Shown here: positions 1 to 9,446 of the stretch, piece after piece
Layout: each line of letters begins with the position of its first letter
Position numbering within the stretch: position 1 is the stretch's first letter
Sequence record: MT446416.1
Strand: one strand, 5' to 3'
Length of the DNA: 64,000 bases
From: Escherichia virus TH47
Position numbers and translations under genes: made by a program
The notes under the pieces: model-generated
What the model was told of the DNA's origin: nothing
The model's input: only the letters and a program-made list of their open reading frames with translations
The model's database searches: none

Positions 1-375
1 GCTATTATTATCGATATACACCTTCACTCCACTTTCAAGATAATCATTTTCTTTGGAGTTGAAGTTTCTAATAGCAAACTTGACTCCATTTGTTGTATCC
101 GTGAATACATATCGTTCAGCACCGTAGAATGTTCTACCACGAAATAAACTGCCGTCTTCCCACTTCCAACGACTGGAATCATAATCATTAACGTAATCAA
201 TGATTAATGGTAGCAAAGGGTGTTTGCTCAATTTATATTTTGCTTCTAACAGAACACGACGATCTTGATCTGTATTGATACTATCTTTAAGTGAAAAACT
301 TTTTGATATAATTTTAAAGATAATTTCATGCCAAATTAAAGTACTGTTTTGTTTTCCAACTGGGCCAAAAAACAT
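1..375 (-). CDS. hypothetical protein, N-terminal part only (gene runs off the window start)
   Basis: ATG at 373-375 with GAGGA 6 nt upstream; frame stays open to position 1 (about 125 codons); immediately downstream of the stop of the 388-954 gene. Confidence 0.45.
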   Translation of the reverse strand, partial: MFFGPVGKQNSTLIWHEIIFKIISKSFSLKDSINTDQDRRVLLEAKYKLSKHPLLPLIIDYVNDYDSSRWKWEDGSLFRGRTFYGAERYVFTDTTNGVKFAIRNFNSKENDYLESGVKVYIDNNS

Positions 376-387
376 ATTCATTCCTCA

Positions 388-954
388 TTAATATAAATCA
401 GTAATGTCTTTGTATGCATTAAACTGTTTTTGTTGTAATGAAAGTTCATTGAGTTTAGTTACCATTTTATCTACACCGATACGTGTATAGAAAATAATAA
501 ATGAATCTAAATTGCCTAGAGTAATTCTTGAACTGAAATTTGAAAGTTTTCTTGCATAAACATAAATTTCTTCTTCACTTGGTAAACGTTTCTCAATCAG
601 CAAGTTTTCCACAACATTCGGCTCATAAACAATCTCGAACTCTACGCCTATCACAGTATCTTGAATGATATCAGTATATGAACCACCGAAAAAAAACTCT
701 CTTGGTTTGGTTCTCCAACGAGGACTAAATGGGTCAGATGCGTATTCTTTTACAAATTTGTAAAAGGACATTTTACTGAGCATATACTTCATCTCAATTA
801 GTGCTTTGCGGTCATCATCAGTTTTAAACTCTGCTTTGAGCGATGGACTTTTACACAGTAACTTAACTAAATTGTTGTACATCTTTAATGTACGTTGGTC
901 TTTCATTTCTTTGATTTTGTGACGCTTTGGTGGTGGTAGTAAAGATTTGACCAT
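388..954 (-). CDS. hypothetical protein
   Basis: 188-aa ORF, AGGAGGA Shine-Dalgarno upstream of the ATG; no recognisable motif. Confidence 0.55.
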   Translation of the reverse strand: MVKSLLPPPKRHKIKEMKDQRTLKMYNNLVKLLCKSPSLKAEFKTDDDRKALIEMKYMLSKMSFYKFVKEYASDPFSPRWRTKPREFFFGGSYTDIIQDTVIGVEFEIVYEPNVVENLLIEKRLPSEEEIYVYARKLSNFSSRITLGNLDSFIIFYTRIGVDKMVTKLNELSLQQKQFNAYKDITDLY

Positions 955-987
955 AATTTCCTCCTGTATTTTCTAGTATTATACACA

Positions 988-1016
988 TAAAAGAAAAGCC
1001 CGTCAATAGACGAGCT
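988..1016 (-). terminator. rho-independent terminator (minus-strand sense)
   Basis: Stem AGCCCGTC/GACGAGCT (one G-U pair) with a 4-nt loop, followed on the minus strand by TTTCTTTT; 9 nt after the stop of the 1025-3754 gene. Confidence 0.5.
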
Positions 1017-1024
1017 TAAAATTT

Positions 1025-3754
1025 TTAATGCCAACGTGTACCAGAGCTTGAAGGAACACCAGAACTTGCAGGGATAGCAGAACCACGCTTGGTTGTACTA
1101 GGTCTGTATGTCAAGAATCGTGTTACCTTTTCAGTATCAATTGACGTGATACTCGTACTTCCAGTAACAATATCACCTACGTATACGTTTGTCAATGTCT
1201 CATCAAGAAGAGTTGTACTGATAACGTATGCCGCTTTTCTTGTGTTACGGTTCATTTGAATGTAAAGATAAAAAGTACTGTTAGCTGGGTTAGTTTTAAT
1301 AGTACTTAATTCTATATTTTGAATCGCTAATCTATCAAACATACCACCAAGGAATACCGGAACTTCACGGGTGAAGTACACAGTGAAACCTTCAGCAACA
1401 TCTTGTGAAACTACTACGATTTTATCTTGTACAGTTCCTGAACCATCAATCAACCCATCCATCTGTGCTGATGTTGTCCCAAAGAGACTAAACACTGCTT
1501 TGGTTTGATAATCTGAATCTTGTAGATGATAGTATCCAAATCCAACACCTGGTATAACTCCGTGCTGGAATGCATTGCCATTATCTATGTAGCTGGATGA
1601 CATAAAACGGTTAGATGTAATCAAACCATTCACTGTTTTAGCAATCATCAATTTGAATTGAGCATTACCCGGTTGTGAAAACTGATGAACTGCATCAACA
1701 CCAATATAACCAAAACCAGAATATTTAGCAACAGTTAGACCTGTACAGCGTTTCATATAGGCTTCGGTTACAATACCTGTTACAGAATTAAGTGTTTCGT
1801 ATCTAGAACTCACCATAGTCGCAGAACTAATATTGGTTCCTGAAACAGTGACATCAACTTCAGAATATATTGCATAACCTTGGTTATTGCCTAAGTTATA
1901 TGCAGAAACCACCGCAATAGATTTTGAGAAAGAACTATCTGGTACATAATATAAAGCAATTTTACCAGAAAATGCTCCTACTATTCCAATATTAGCAAGT
2001 ATTTCTTGTTTTAATGTTTCCAGAACATTATCATCAATTGTATAAGAACCATCAAATTCTAAAGTATCTGGGTTAAACAAACCACCACTTGTTTTGTATA
2101 CACCTTCAATGAATGATGTCCCATAACATTTAACTGAACCGTCAGTATCAATTAGTGAAATCATACCTGTATATTTGAAATCATCACCAAGACGAATTCG
2201 ATTAGCTTGTGGAGCAAAACCATTAAGTGTTGTATTGTTTTGTACTGAATTGAACTGGAAGGTTGGATCAGTACCAATTTCAGAAAATACTGTATTGTTA
2301 TAACCATATGACTCACCTTCATATGTTCCAGAACATGCTAACAGTACTTTACGTTTATCAATAAAACGTGTTCCTAAAAGGTTTTCACCTACTGCACTAC
2401 CATATGTTGGGGCAACGTTTACAAATTTGGAATTGTTCGCTTTACGAGTACTGGCAATCCAACTATCATATGGTGTTCCTGTTACGTTGTAAACCTGAAT
2501 ACCATAGGTTTCAGATGAACTCCAACGAGCACGAGTGCTGAATACTAAACCGTCATAGGTTTGGCATATAGAACCAACGTTACCTAATAGTGGAACACCT
2601 AACTGTGTACCCATGAAGTTATTCATCTCAATTGCAAATGGGTTTGTTAGTGTGAATCCATCAACATCATTATATCCCGCAGCTATTGGTGCTCTACTAC
2701 TTCCATCAATTGATAATGATTTAGAGTTGATAGTGTAAACAAAACTAAAACCACTAGCATAAACAGTACTAATATATAGATTTGATACTAAACGGTTAGT
2801 TGGGAATAATGTAATTCTAATCTTTGATAAATCGGGACTTACGTTTGCTTGTATATTATAATCTGTATAATCTGAATATTCAACTCGTGTAACTGGTGAA
2901 GTGCATTCAAATAATGAATCACTGCTAGTTCCAACTGAATATAATCTTTCATAAATTTTCAAATTATTAGCACTTGTGTAGTTAACACTTCTTAAGGTTT
3001 GACCAGAAAAACCAGTAACCTTAGCAAAAGTACTCATAGTACCATCTTTAATACTACTTGTATCAACAGTATATAATGTTAAAGCCAAACCATAGTTTGC
3101 TATAGTAGTGTCTTTGCACCACACAAATACTTTATCATTAACGATATGTGCATATAATGGTTTATCTGTACCAAATGCTGTACCAGCGATAGAAGCGTGA
3201 ATATGTGCAACTTCGTTAAATGTACCATTTGTTAAAGTGAAAATATAATTACTTGCACTTGATAGACTAACTAGCAATTCATAACCATTCGTTCCGATGA
3301 ATTGTTTAACATTTTCAGTACTTGGAAGAATTCTAGGATGATATTTTGATGTAGTACTGATAACACTACTTTGTGTTAGTACATCAATATTACGTAAATC
3401 ACGAATAAATGCGTAGTAATATCCTTCAGTACTACCATTTGTACCAGCACGTAAAACCACACCAGTACCATCATCTTCGACTATTGTTGGTTGCATACGG
3501 TATACATTTGAAAGCGATGTTGCACCTTCGTATGAACCATTAACGTTTAAAGGTAGATAATCCATTTCCCCTATACGGGAGATTGGTAACATATCAAGTA
3601 TTTTTTGAACTTCTGATCTTTTATAAATTGGATAGTCAACAATACCTGTATTTGCGTCTGGTGCTGTACCATTAAAAGTACGCATAGCGTACTTTCCACC
3701 AATTGCCAAATTTCCAAGTATAGCAGCACTACCAATGATGCGTTTGGATGACAT
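1025..3754 (-). CDS. tail-fibre-like structural protein (paralog 3, 909 aa)
   Basis: Long Ser/Thr/Gly/Asn-rich ORF; shares an N-terminal LPIS-x-G-x(3)-YLP motif and a C-terminal module of about 110 aa (VYFT...RPSTT-x-GS-x-P-x-S-x-G-x-P...GT-x-W) with the 3771-4358 and 4371-7067 proteins. Confidence 0.6.
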   Translation of the reverse strand: MSSKRIIGSAAILGNLAIGGKYAMRTFNGTAPDANTGIVDYPIYKRSEVQKILDMLPISRIGEMDYLPLNVNGSYEGATSLSNVYRMQPTIVEDDGTGVVLRAGTNGSTEGYYYAFIRDLRNIDVLTQSSVISTTSKYHPRILPSTENVKQFIGTNGYELLVSLSSASNYIFTLTNGTFNEVAHIHASIAGTAFGTDKPLYAHIVNDKVFVWCKDTTIANYGLALTLYTVDTSSIKDGTMSTFAKVTGFSGQTLRSVNYTSANNLKIYERLYSVGTSSDSLFECTSPVTRVEYSDYTDYNIQANVSPDLSKIRITLFPTNRLVSNLYISTVYASGFSFVYTINSKSLSIDGSSRAPIAAGYNDVDGFTLTNPFAIEMNNFMGTQLGVPLLGNVGSICQTYDGLVFSTRARWSSSETYGIQVYNVTGTPYDSWIASTRKANNSKFVNVAPTYGSAVGENLLGTRFIDKRKVLLACSGTYEGESYGYNNTVFSEIGTDPTFQFNSVQNNTTLNGFAPQANRIRLGDDFKYTGMISLIDTDGSVKCYGTSFIEGVYKTSGGLFNPDTLEFDGSYTIDDNVLETLKQEILANIGIVGAFSGKIALYYVPDSSFSKSIAVVSAYNLGNNQGYAIYSEVDVTVSGTNISSATMVSSRYETLNSVTGIVTEAYMKRCTGLTVAKYSGFGYIGVDAVHQFSQPGNAQFKLMIAKTVNGLITSNRFMSSSYIDNGNAFQHGVIPGVGFGYYHLQDSDYQTKAVFSLFGTTSAQMDGLIDGSGTVQDKIVVVSQDVAEGFTVYFTREVPVFLGGMFDRLAIQNIELSTIKTNPANSTFYLYIQMNRNTRKAAYVISTTLLDETLTNVYVGDIVTGSTSITSIDTEKVTRFLTYRPSTTKRGSAIPASSGVPSSSGTRWH

Positions 3755-3770
3755 ATTCTTTTTCCTTTAA

Positions 3771-4358
3771 TTACCAGTCTAATGTACCAGTTTGTGTTGG
3801 ATTTCCAGTACTGACTGGGAAAGATGAACCTTTTTGTGTTGTACTTGGTCTGTATGTATTGAATCGTGATACGCGTTCAATGTTGATAGCAGTAATACCA
3901 GAAGTTCCAACGGTAATAGTCCCGATGAACATTATAATCTGTGATTCTTGTAATTGTGAAGTTGAGATTCTATAAATTGGCTCACCCAGTACTAAAGTAG
4001 CGTATACATATTGTGTTTGTGTTCCTGATGCCACTGTTGGTGCTGTCACTGCAACAACAGGGTAATTATAAAGATAGCCTCCGATGAATGCAGGTATCTC
4101 TCGGTTAAAACGTAATGAATAACCGCTTGATGTAATTGACAAACTAGATACATCATAAAGTTCACCATATTGTGATAATGGTAAACCGTTAACAATAGAA
4201 TCAACTTCATCTTTTGTTAAGAGGGGGAATGTACATTCCCCATTTGCGTCTGTTCGATACGATACGTCATTAATATCACTAATAGATAGTCCAGTGTTTT
4301 TATTCTGGACTACGATTTGTGACATAGCTTCGATATCGGATCTTATAATATATGCCAT
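3771..4358 (-). CDS. short tail-fibre paralog (195 aa; N-terminal motif plus shared C-terminal module only)
   Basis: C-terminus RFNTYRPSTTQKGSSFPVSTGNPTQTGTLDW aligns with the C-termini of both large neighbours; 16-nt gap to the next gene with an AAAGGA Shine-Dalgarno. Confidence 0.55.
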   Translation of the reverse strand: MAYIIRSDIEAMSQIVVQNKNTGLSISDINDVSYRTDANGECTFPLLTKDEVDSIVNGLPLSQYGELYDVSSLSITSSGYSLRFNREIPAFIGGYLYNYPVVAVTAPTVASGTQTQYVYATLVLGEPIYRISTSQLQESQIIMFIGTITVGTSGITAINIERVSRFNTYRPSTTQKGSSFPVSTGNPTQTGTLDW

Positions 4359-4370
4359 AAGATTAATCCT

Positions 4371-7067
4371 TTACCAATTGATTGTTCCTGTTTGTGACGG
4401 TAGACCATAACTAACTGGGAATGAAGAACCAGCAGCTTCAAGCGACGCACCGAAAATATCCAATCTTGAACGTTTTTGTATGTTAACATTTGATATTTGT
4501 AGTGAGTTTGTTTGTATAGTACCTATCCAGAAAATATTATATGCTGTAGTACCAGTCTCTGAAATAACATCAGTTGTTATTACATATTTTGCATTACCTT
4601 GTTCCATTTTAACATATACATGAAATAATGTGTTTGCCGGATTAGCCTTAACTGTAGTTAAGTTTATACTAGTAATAGGTAATGTAAATGCTTTACCAGA
4701 AAGAATTACTGGAGTTTCTTCTGTGAAGTACACAATAAAACCTTGAGCAACGTCTTGTGAAACTACGTTAATCGGTGCACCTTGAGCAGTCCAGTTATTA
4801 TAATCAGCAATTGTAGTACCACATTTTTGGAAAGTCATTTTGTTTACATAGTCTATTGCTTGGAAATAACCAAAACCAATACCAGGTAAAGCTGCTGGTT
4901 GAATACCTTGCTCATAACTTGCATGTGAACCACTGATAATAAAACTATCAAATTGTGCAGTTGCTTTTGTTACATATGCTCTGAATTGGTGTGTGTTTGT
5001 ATTACCAATAGTTGGGTGAGATAATGGGTCAGAACCACCTATGAAGTAGAAAGAACCACCATCATATATTGTTAAACCAACAGAAGACGATGCAAAACTA
5101 CCATTACCATTTGGTGTAAAGTTACTTCCGTAAACGTTTTCTAGTACTAAACGCTTGAAGGTAATTGTAGTGATATTACCTGAACGTGTATTCACATTCA
5201 CTTCAGCAATTCTAATATAGTTCTGATATGTATTTGTAACTGTACTTAGCATTACGAATGCAGGTATATCAGTTTGTTGTGGAACAAACAATGTCATATC
5301 TTTATAAGCAGCAGGAGATAAGTTCCAGTCGCTTAGTACTTTAGCGTATTCAGCATTTCTGAAATTATCAAGTACTGATTGAGTAACACTAATGATACCA
5401 GTTCCGTTCATATTTTTATCATATGATAGTGATTGGGAATATCTCTGACCTACCATGAATATCCCACCATTTGTAGTAACATTATTACCACTAATGGAAC
5501 TAATAAAAACTCTGTTGTTAGTGTTATCTGTCACATTAGCACGTTCTGTTGTTGGCTCATAACCTTGTATGGTTCCACGTGATAAAGAATTAAACGTAAA
5601 GTTAGGAGTACTTTTATGAACTGCATAAGATGGACGGAATGCACCAGAACCAGTTGAACGAGAATACTGTTTAGTACTGTTCCCTGGAAGCAATTCTACT
5701 CCGTTAATAAAAGAACCAACTGCTGAACCAAATGAAGGACGGACTATACCATTTCTGAAATCAGTTGAAATGTTCGCACGTACATTGATCATGCTATATA
5801 TTGATTGCGAAGTAAATTTAGCTTTCTGCATAAGTAATGGTTCTGCTAAGTTTGGACATGCAGTACAGAATACATCACCTGTATTCAGATAATAATATGA
5901 ACTGTAAATATTTCTTGCACCGTTATGGTCATATAACGGATCTTTGTTGAGAACATTACCAGTAGCAACCAATGCCGAACCTGTGTTTGTGACAACCAAT
6001 GGTGCAGCAAATGTACCAATATCGTTCCCAGTATCCAAGTTACATTGTTTAGTACTCATGTTAAAATTGAAACTATAACTATGCTGTGGTCGGGTATTGT
6101 AGTTTGCCATAGTGAACCATGCGTCACCATTCATTCTGAATCGGAAGTTCTGCGTTCCTGGCTCCTGAGCAACATATAAATCGATAGATGTCATATAAAT
6201 CCCCATACCAGCCAAATTTTGTGGTACATAGACATAGGGCTTATCAGCTATATTAGTTGAGTTAACATGGTCAGTAATGATTATATTATTCTGAGAAGTA
6301 TATGTAGTATTGTAAAAAGTTTTTGTTGTCCACCCCGTGATTCGGGTAGCAGTATAAGTACCGTTTGCAATATTCAACACAACACGAACAACAACAATCT
6401 GTAGTTTGTTATTTTCATTAAGGACGTTGAATACATAAACTGAACCGTCTTCTGCCATCATAGCATACTCAATCCCACCTTCAGGTGAAATATCAGCTTG
6501 GTTCACAAAAAGACCACTATGTTGTGTATCATCCAATGTACCATTCGTTACTGATATAAACAACCCATTAGTACTGGTAGATGTGTCATTGTAACGACCT
6601 AACAGTATTTTTGAATCGGTATTGTATAAACCAATAGCAACACGGTTTGCCCCGAAATAGCCAGGCTTATACTGACGGCTTGTATTAACAGTACGACTCA
6701 TATCGGTAACTGATAATGCGTTCGCTAGGTAAGAATAAAACAAACCTTCAACACTACCGTTTGTACCACTACGTAATAGTACTAATGTGCCATCGTTTTC
6801 TAAAAGTATTTTGTTTCTACGTTGGGATTGGTTTTCTGATGCACCATTAAAATCACCAGATACCCCAGCAGGTAGATAGTTATGTGTACCATAATGCGAG
6901 ATTGGAAGTAAACTAATTACATCAAGTAATTCTTCTTTGGAATATGTATCAATTTCCATATTACCATTAGCATCAAATACTTGATCATTGATGCCCTGTA
7001 CTGTTCTTTTCCCTTTAACTGTCACATTATGAGTGACGTCTAAGCCACCATATATTTTCTTTGACAT
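4371..7067 (-). CDS. tail-fibre-like structural protein (paralog 1, 898 aa)
   Basis: Same N-terminal and C-terminal modules as 1025-3754; AAGGGA Shine-Dalgarno upstream of the ATG. Confidence 0.6.
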   Translation of the reverse strand: MSKKIYGGLDVTHNVTVKGKRTVQGINDQVFDANGNMEIDTYSKEELLDVISLLPISHYGTHNYLPAGVSGDFNGASENQSQRRNKILLENDGTLVLLRSGTNGSVEGLFYSYLANALSVTDMSRTVNTSRQYKPGYFGANRVAIGLYNTDSKILLGRYNDTSTSTNGLFISVTNGTLDDTQHSGLFVNQADISPEGGIEYAMMAEDGSVYVFNVLNENNKLQIVVVRVVLNIANGTYTATRITGWTTKTFYNTTYTSQNNIIITDHVNSTNIADKPYVYVPQNLAGMGIYMTSIDLYVAQEPGTQNFRFRMNGDAWFTMANYNTRPQHSYSFNFNMSTKQCNLDTGNDIGTFAAPLVVTNTGSALVATGNVLNKDPLYDHNGARNIYSSYYYLNTGDVFCTACPNLAEPLLMQKAKFTSQSIYSMINVRANISTDFRNGIVRPSFGSAVGSFINGVELLPGNSTKQYSRSTGSGAFRPSYAVHKSTPNFTFNSLSRGTIQGYEPTTERANVTDNTNNRVFISSISGNNVTTNGGIFMVGQRYSQSLSYDKNMNGTGIISVTQSVLDNFRNAEYAKVLSDWNLSPAAYKDMTLFVPQQTDIPAFVMLSTVTNTYQNYIRIAEVNVNTRSGNITTITFKRLVLENVYGSNFTPNGNGSFASSSVGLTIYDGGSFYFIGGSDPLSHPTIGNTNTHQFRAYVTKATAQFDSFIISGSHASYEQGIQPAALPGIGFGYFQAIDYVNKMTFQKCGTTIADYNNWTAQGAPINVVSQDVAQGFIVYFTEETPVILSGKAFTLPITSINLTTVKANPANTLFHVYVKMEQGNAKYVITTDVISETGTTAYNIFWIGTIQTNSLQISNVNIQKRSRLDIFGASLEAAGSSFPVSYGLPSQTGTINW

Positions 7068-7100
7068 ACATATCCCTTGTAATTTAGATATTAGTTACTG

Positions 7101-7108
7101 TATTTATG
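7101..7108 (-). promoter_or_regulatory. candidate T4-late-type promoter (CATAAATA on the minus strand)
   Basis: Minus-strand CATAAATA about 35 nt upstream of the first tail-fibre ATG, between the nrdG terminator and the fibre operon; T4 late consensus is TATAAATA. Confidence 0.3.
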
Positions 7109-7116
7109 AATGTACT

Positions 7117-7137
7117 AAAAAAGCACCCATTGGGTGC
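7117..7137 (-). terminator. rho-independent terminator
   Basis: GCACCC-ATT-GGGTGC hairpin followed on the minus strand by TTTTTT; 7 nt after the nrdG stop. Confidence 0.55.
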
Positions 7138-7143
7138 TTGTGT

Positions 7144-7614
7144 TTAAAAGTCTTTATTTTTATATAAAATTCGTTGGTTATTTGAACCACGAAAAGGTAA
7201 TGTTAAATTCTTTTCTTCTGAAACAAATTTACCATCAACTAATACATCTAAGTACTGAAGAATGTCTTTAGCATGATTATCCATAATCTCTTCTAACGTA
7301 TATCCACTCCAGCACCAAATAGTTTTATTGGGATAAGTCTCTTTTACAATCTTACATAGTTCTAAAATTGTTTCTATGTTCTTTTTCATTAGAGGATCTC
7401 CACCAAGGAGGGATAATCCACTAACGTAAGGCTTACTGAGTTCAGCTAAAATTATATCAATTGTATCAGTACTGAACTCTTGTCCACTTCGGTAGTCCCA
7501 TGCATGTTCTGAGTAACATCCGGGGCATCCATGTGAACAACCGCTTACGAAAAGTGAACATCTAACACCTTCACCATTTATCAAATCATCTTTGAAAATT
7601 GCCATATAATTCAT
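7144..7614 (-). CDS. nrdG: anaerobic ribonucleotide reductase activating protein (radical SAM)
   Basis: N-terminal CSHGCPGCYS cysteine cluster (CxxxCxxC-type radical SAM motif); about 156 aa; adjacent to nrdD and grcA; ATGA start/stop overlap with the upstream gene. Confidence 0.85.
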   Translation of the reverse strand: MNYMAIFKDDLINGEGVRCSLFVSGCSHGCPGCYSEHAWDYRSGQEFSTDTIDIILAELSKPYVSGLSLLGGDPLMKKNIETILELCKIVKETYPNKTIWCWSGYTLEEIMDNHAKDILQYLDVLVDGKFVSEEKNLTLPFRGSNNQRILYKNKDF

Positions 7615-8597
7615 TTAATATTCCTTACTAGGTTATTTAAAATCTCCACATGGTTTTCATCATAACGTATTCTGATAAACTGTATATTATTGTCTATACA
7701 GAACTTTGTTTTTATATTGTCATTAATTTGTCTATTAATAAATTCTTTCTCCCCTCCCCAATGTTCAAAAATTTCATAATGTTGTTTACCATCATATTCT
7801 ATTAATATATTATAATCATTCAAATATATGTCAAATGGTAATTTTTGTTTGTTGTAACATTCAGGGAATTTTTTTTCTCGTTCAAAAGATATATTATTTT
7901 TTGTCAATATTTCAATTATATCATACATAGCTTTTGATGTGCTAGTATGTAACGCACACTCTGGGCATCCTCTTCCTGAGTTTAATGATGTTGGTGTAAT
8001 ATTAAATTCATGACCTTTTTCACAAATTGCAATACTAGGAGTTCTTACATTTATATATTTGAATTTATTAAAATTGTAATCTTTGAATTTATTATTTGAT
8101 TTTATTTTTGATATAAAATAATCTGAATCAATATTATGTTTTCTCCCATTTTTCATTTTACAAAGTTCACATCCAGTATTTCCTCTCAAGAAGGTTCTTG
8201 CTCTCAATGTTTTGGATTTTTTATGGATATTACACATAACTGTTATATTATCAACCATGCGAGTATAATCACTGATTAGTGTGAATTTATCTCCATAAAT
8301 TTTATTCATTTCTTGTATGAATTCATATTTTGATTTTGTTATTTTATTATCAGAACATTTTTTACAGCCCTTCCCACTTAAAAGTATATTTGGTGTTGAA
8401 TAAAAATCCGTTTTACATATGTTACAGTGGACATGTATTTTACATTGTGACCCGCCGTATTCATTTAAAAATGTGAATTTTTGTCCATGTATTAACAAAA
8501 TCTTATTAATGAATTCTTCATGTGTAAGTTTACGTGGCATTATTAAAACTCCTTTGACATTTGTGATGTTTATAAATGCCAAAGGGTATATCCTCAT
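7611..8597 (-). CDS. putative free-standing homing-endonuclease-like protein (zinc-ribbon repeats plus C-terminal DUF559/Vsr-like nuclease motif)
   Basis: Three L-x-x-G-x-G-C-x-x-C repeats and a C-terminal ...ILIEYDGKQHYE... motif; more AT-rich than its neighbours and contains no AGTACT. Confidence 0.45.
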   Translation of the reverse strand: MRIYPLAFINITNVKGVLIMPRKLTHEEFINKILLIHGQKFTFLNEYGGSQCKIHVHCNICKTDFYSTPNILLSGKGCKKCSDNKITKSKYEFIQEMNKIYGDKFTLISDYTRMVDNITVMCNIHKKSKTLRARTFLRGNTGCELCKMKNGRKHNIDSDYFISKIKSNNKFKDYNFNKFKYINVRTPSIAICEKGHEFNITPTSLNSGRGCPECALHTSTSKAMYDIIEILTKNNISFEREKKFPECYNKQKLPFDIYLNDYNILIEYDGKQHYEIFEHWGGEKEFINRQINDNIKTKFCIDNNIQFIRIRYDENHVEILNNLVRNIK

Positions 8598-8927
8598 TTA
8601 ATTATCGTCTGGTAATTCATCTAGTATTGCACTCACTATTTCAACGAGAACATCACCATGACATGATTTTGGTTTACAGAAACAACCAAGACGTTTCCCT
8701 GCTAATTCAAGTAAATCATCAATTTTAACTTCGCCATTAGAAATACGTTCAATTATGTATTCTCTGAACTTTTCGATTGATTCTTCCCTTGTAGCAACAA
8801 TGAACTCGGCCTTAGTCTGTTTATCATTGATATGGGTAAATGGGTTACCCCATTTAGACCCACGACCAATGTACACATCATACGGTTCTTTGTATTTGTT
8901 AACCACAATTGGCTTTAAATCCATCAA
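8598..8927 (-). CDS. DUF4326-family protein
   Basis: [12 protein letters not shown] ... [13 protein letters not shown] signature. Confidence 0.6.
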   Translation of the reverse strand: MMDLKPIVVNKYKEPYDVYIGRGSKWGNPFTHINDKQTKAEFIVATREESIEKFREYIIERISNGEVKIDDLLELAGKRLGCFCKPKSCHGDVLVEIVSAILDELPDDN

Positions 8928-9283
8928 ATTTCCTTTGTAAAGGTACGAGAAATTACATCATCTTGTTGTTCTTTTGTTAGTGAATTGAAACGAACAGCAT
9001 AACCACTAACACGAATAGTAAGTTGCGGATACTTTTCTGGATTGTTTTGTGCATCAATGAGTTGTTCTTTAGATAAAACATTTACATTCAAATGTTGACC
9101 ACCCTCAATAACTGGTTCATGTTTGACCTGTACATCACGTAGAACCTCACCATCAAAAGTACTCAATAGTACTTCATCATCTTCGGAAAAAGTTTTAGAT
9201 ACTACAATTTTTACAACATCATCTTCTTTTAGAAAAATAGTACCACGATGTTCACCTGACATTACCTGTTTAGCTTCTAACAT
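8924..9283 (-). CDS. grcA: autonomous glycyl-radical cofactor (GrcA/YfiD-like)
   Basis: C-terminal ...[11 protein letters not shown]...[35 protein letters not shown] matches the glycyl-radical motif (RVSGYAV) and flanks as I recall them for E. coli GrcA; AAGGAG Shine-Dalgarno. Confidence 0.85.
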   Translation of the reverse strand: MLEAKQVMSGEHRGTIFLKEDDVVKIVVSKTFSEDDEVLLSTFDGEVLRDVQVKHEPVIEGGQHLNVNVLSKEQLIDAQNNPEKYPQLTIRVSGYAVRFNSLTKEQQDDVISRTFTKEI

Positions 9284-9351
9284 ATATTTCTCCTTAATTT
9301 TATTTCAGTGTTTTTTTAATATTCTATCATCAAACGATATTTTATAAACAA

Positions 9352-9386
9352 ATGAACAAAAAAAATAGATTCTTTGTTCATTTTTT
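9352..9386. terminator. hairpin with flanking T-runs (terminator-like, orientation ambiguous)
   Basis: ATGAACAAA / TTTGTTCAT 9-bp stem with a 12-nt A-rich loop, followed by TTTTTTC on the plus strand; lies between nrdD and grcA. Confidence 0.35.
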
Positions 9387-9404
9387 CATTTCATAATTAG
9401 TTTA

Positions 9405-9439
9405 CTCGATTTAATTTTAAATATTTATGTTAAATCGAG
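9405..9439. repeat. perfect 10-bp inverted repeat (CTCGATTTAA / TTAAATCGAG) with a 15-nt spacer
   Basis: Read directly from the sequence, 8 nt downstream of the nrdD stop; no T-run follows on the minus strand. Confidence 0.4.
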
Positions 9440-9446
9440 ACAATTA

